A stretch of 64,000 nt of DNA. It comes from Malacoraja senta (lineage: Eukaryota). Of the stretch, positions 63,738 to 64,000 are shown piece by piece. How positions within the stretch are numbered: position 1 is the stretch's first letter; each line of letters opens with the position of its first letter. The position numbers and the translations under genes are program-made. The notes below the pieces were generated by a model that saw nothing but the letters and a program-made list of their open reading frames with translations, made no database searches and was not told the DNA's origin. The stretch spans positions 25,422,001 through 25,486,000 of the forward strand of contig CM075988.1 of assembly GCA_038087875.1 (NCBI GenBank), in the 5' to 3' direction.

Positions 63738-64000
63738 GGTGTGTGCCGAGTGGGACTAAAGTGGCATTATATAGTGAGCAGGAGTGGCTGCACACGAGTG
63801 CAACACACACACACACACACACACAGCAAGCAGCTTCTCCTCACATCCACTGGCTGCCCTCGACCGTCGCTACTGGCAGTCCGGCCTGCAACAGATAGAT
63901 TTTTTCCATCCTGCAGGAGAGAGGGAGGAGCGCTGACAACGACAGCGTGTCATTCAAGCGGCCACACTCTTCAGTAAGTGGCTGATTTATGAATGAGTCG
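63738..64000 (-). promoter_or_regulatory. putative 5' UTR / proximal promoter of UBASH3B
   Basis: Largely unique sequence directly upstream of the ATG, with raised CpG content, a (TG)n tract at 63802-63823 and a 3-codon upstream ORF at 63756-63767. TSS cannot be determined. Confidence 0.55.

Noticed and set aside
63403..63822. 139-aa ORF over exon 1
   Set aside because: Wrong frame; the real exon reads from ATG 63737 to the donor at 63609.
1..64000. mir-100/let-7/mir-125 cluster that neighbours UBASH3B in mammals
   Set aside because: No mature sequences of these miRNAs seen; by synteny they would lie upstream, beyond the right edge.

Overview
Vertebrate genomic DNA, not prokaryotic. The repeat content (HE1/V-SINE-like SINEs, HER1/CR1-like LINEs, Rex1/Babar, Penelope-like elements, DeuSINE relics) points to a cartilaginous fish, probably a skate or ray (inference). 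The only host-gene coding sequence I can support is the first coding exon of UBASH3B (STS-1/TULA-2) on the minus strand at 63610-63737. I found no exon 2, so the other ~63.6 kb is most likely its very long intron 1. Almost every ORF in the supplied track is a retroelement fragment or a microsatellite translation. Main points of interest: (1) a very abundant family of fold-back elements derived from the 3' end of a Neptune-type Penelope-like element. They carry a minimal hammerhead-ribozyme motif and 11-15 bp TSDs, and two copies have local flanking DNA duplicated in inverted orientation. (2) A MITE with 33-bp TIRs and an 8-bp TSD, plus a separate site 38 kb away where an 8-bp duplication encloses exactly 17 nt of the same TIR, as expected for a P-element-type excision footprint. 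(3) Nested non-autonomous Helitrons. (4) Repeated antisense insertion of young CR1 copies into the same short window of older CR1 copies. All family assignments come from reading the sequence by eye; no database search was run.
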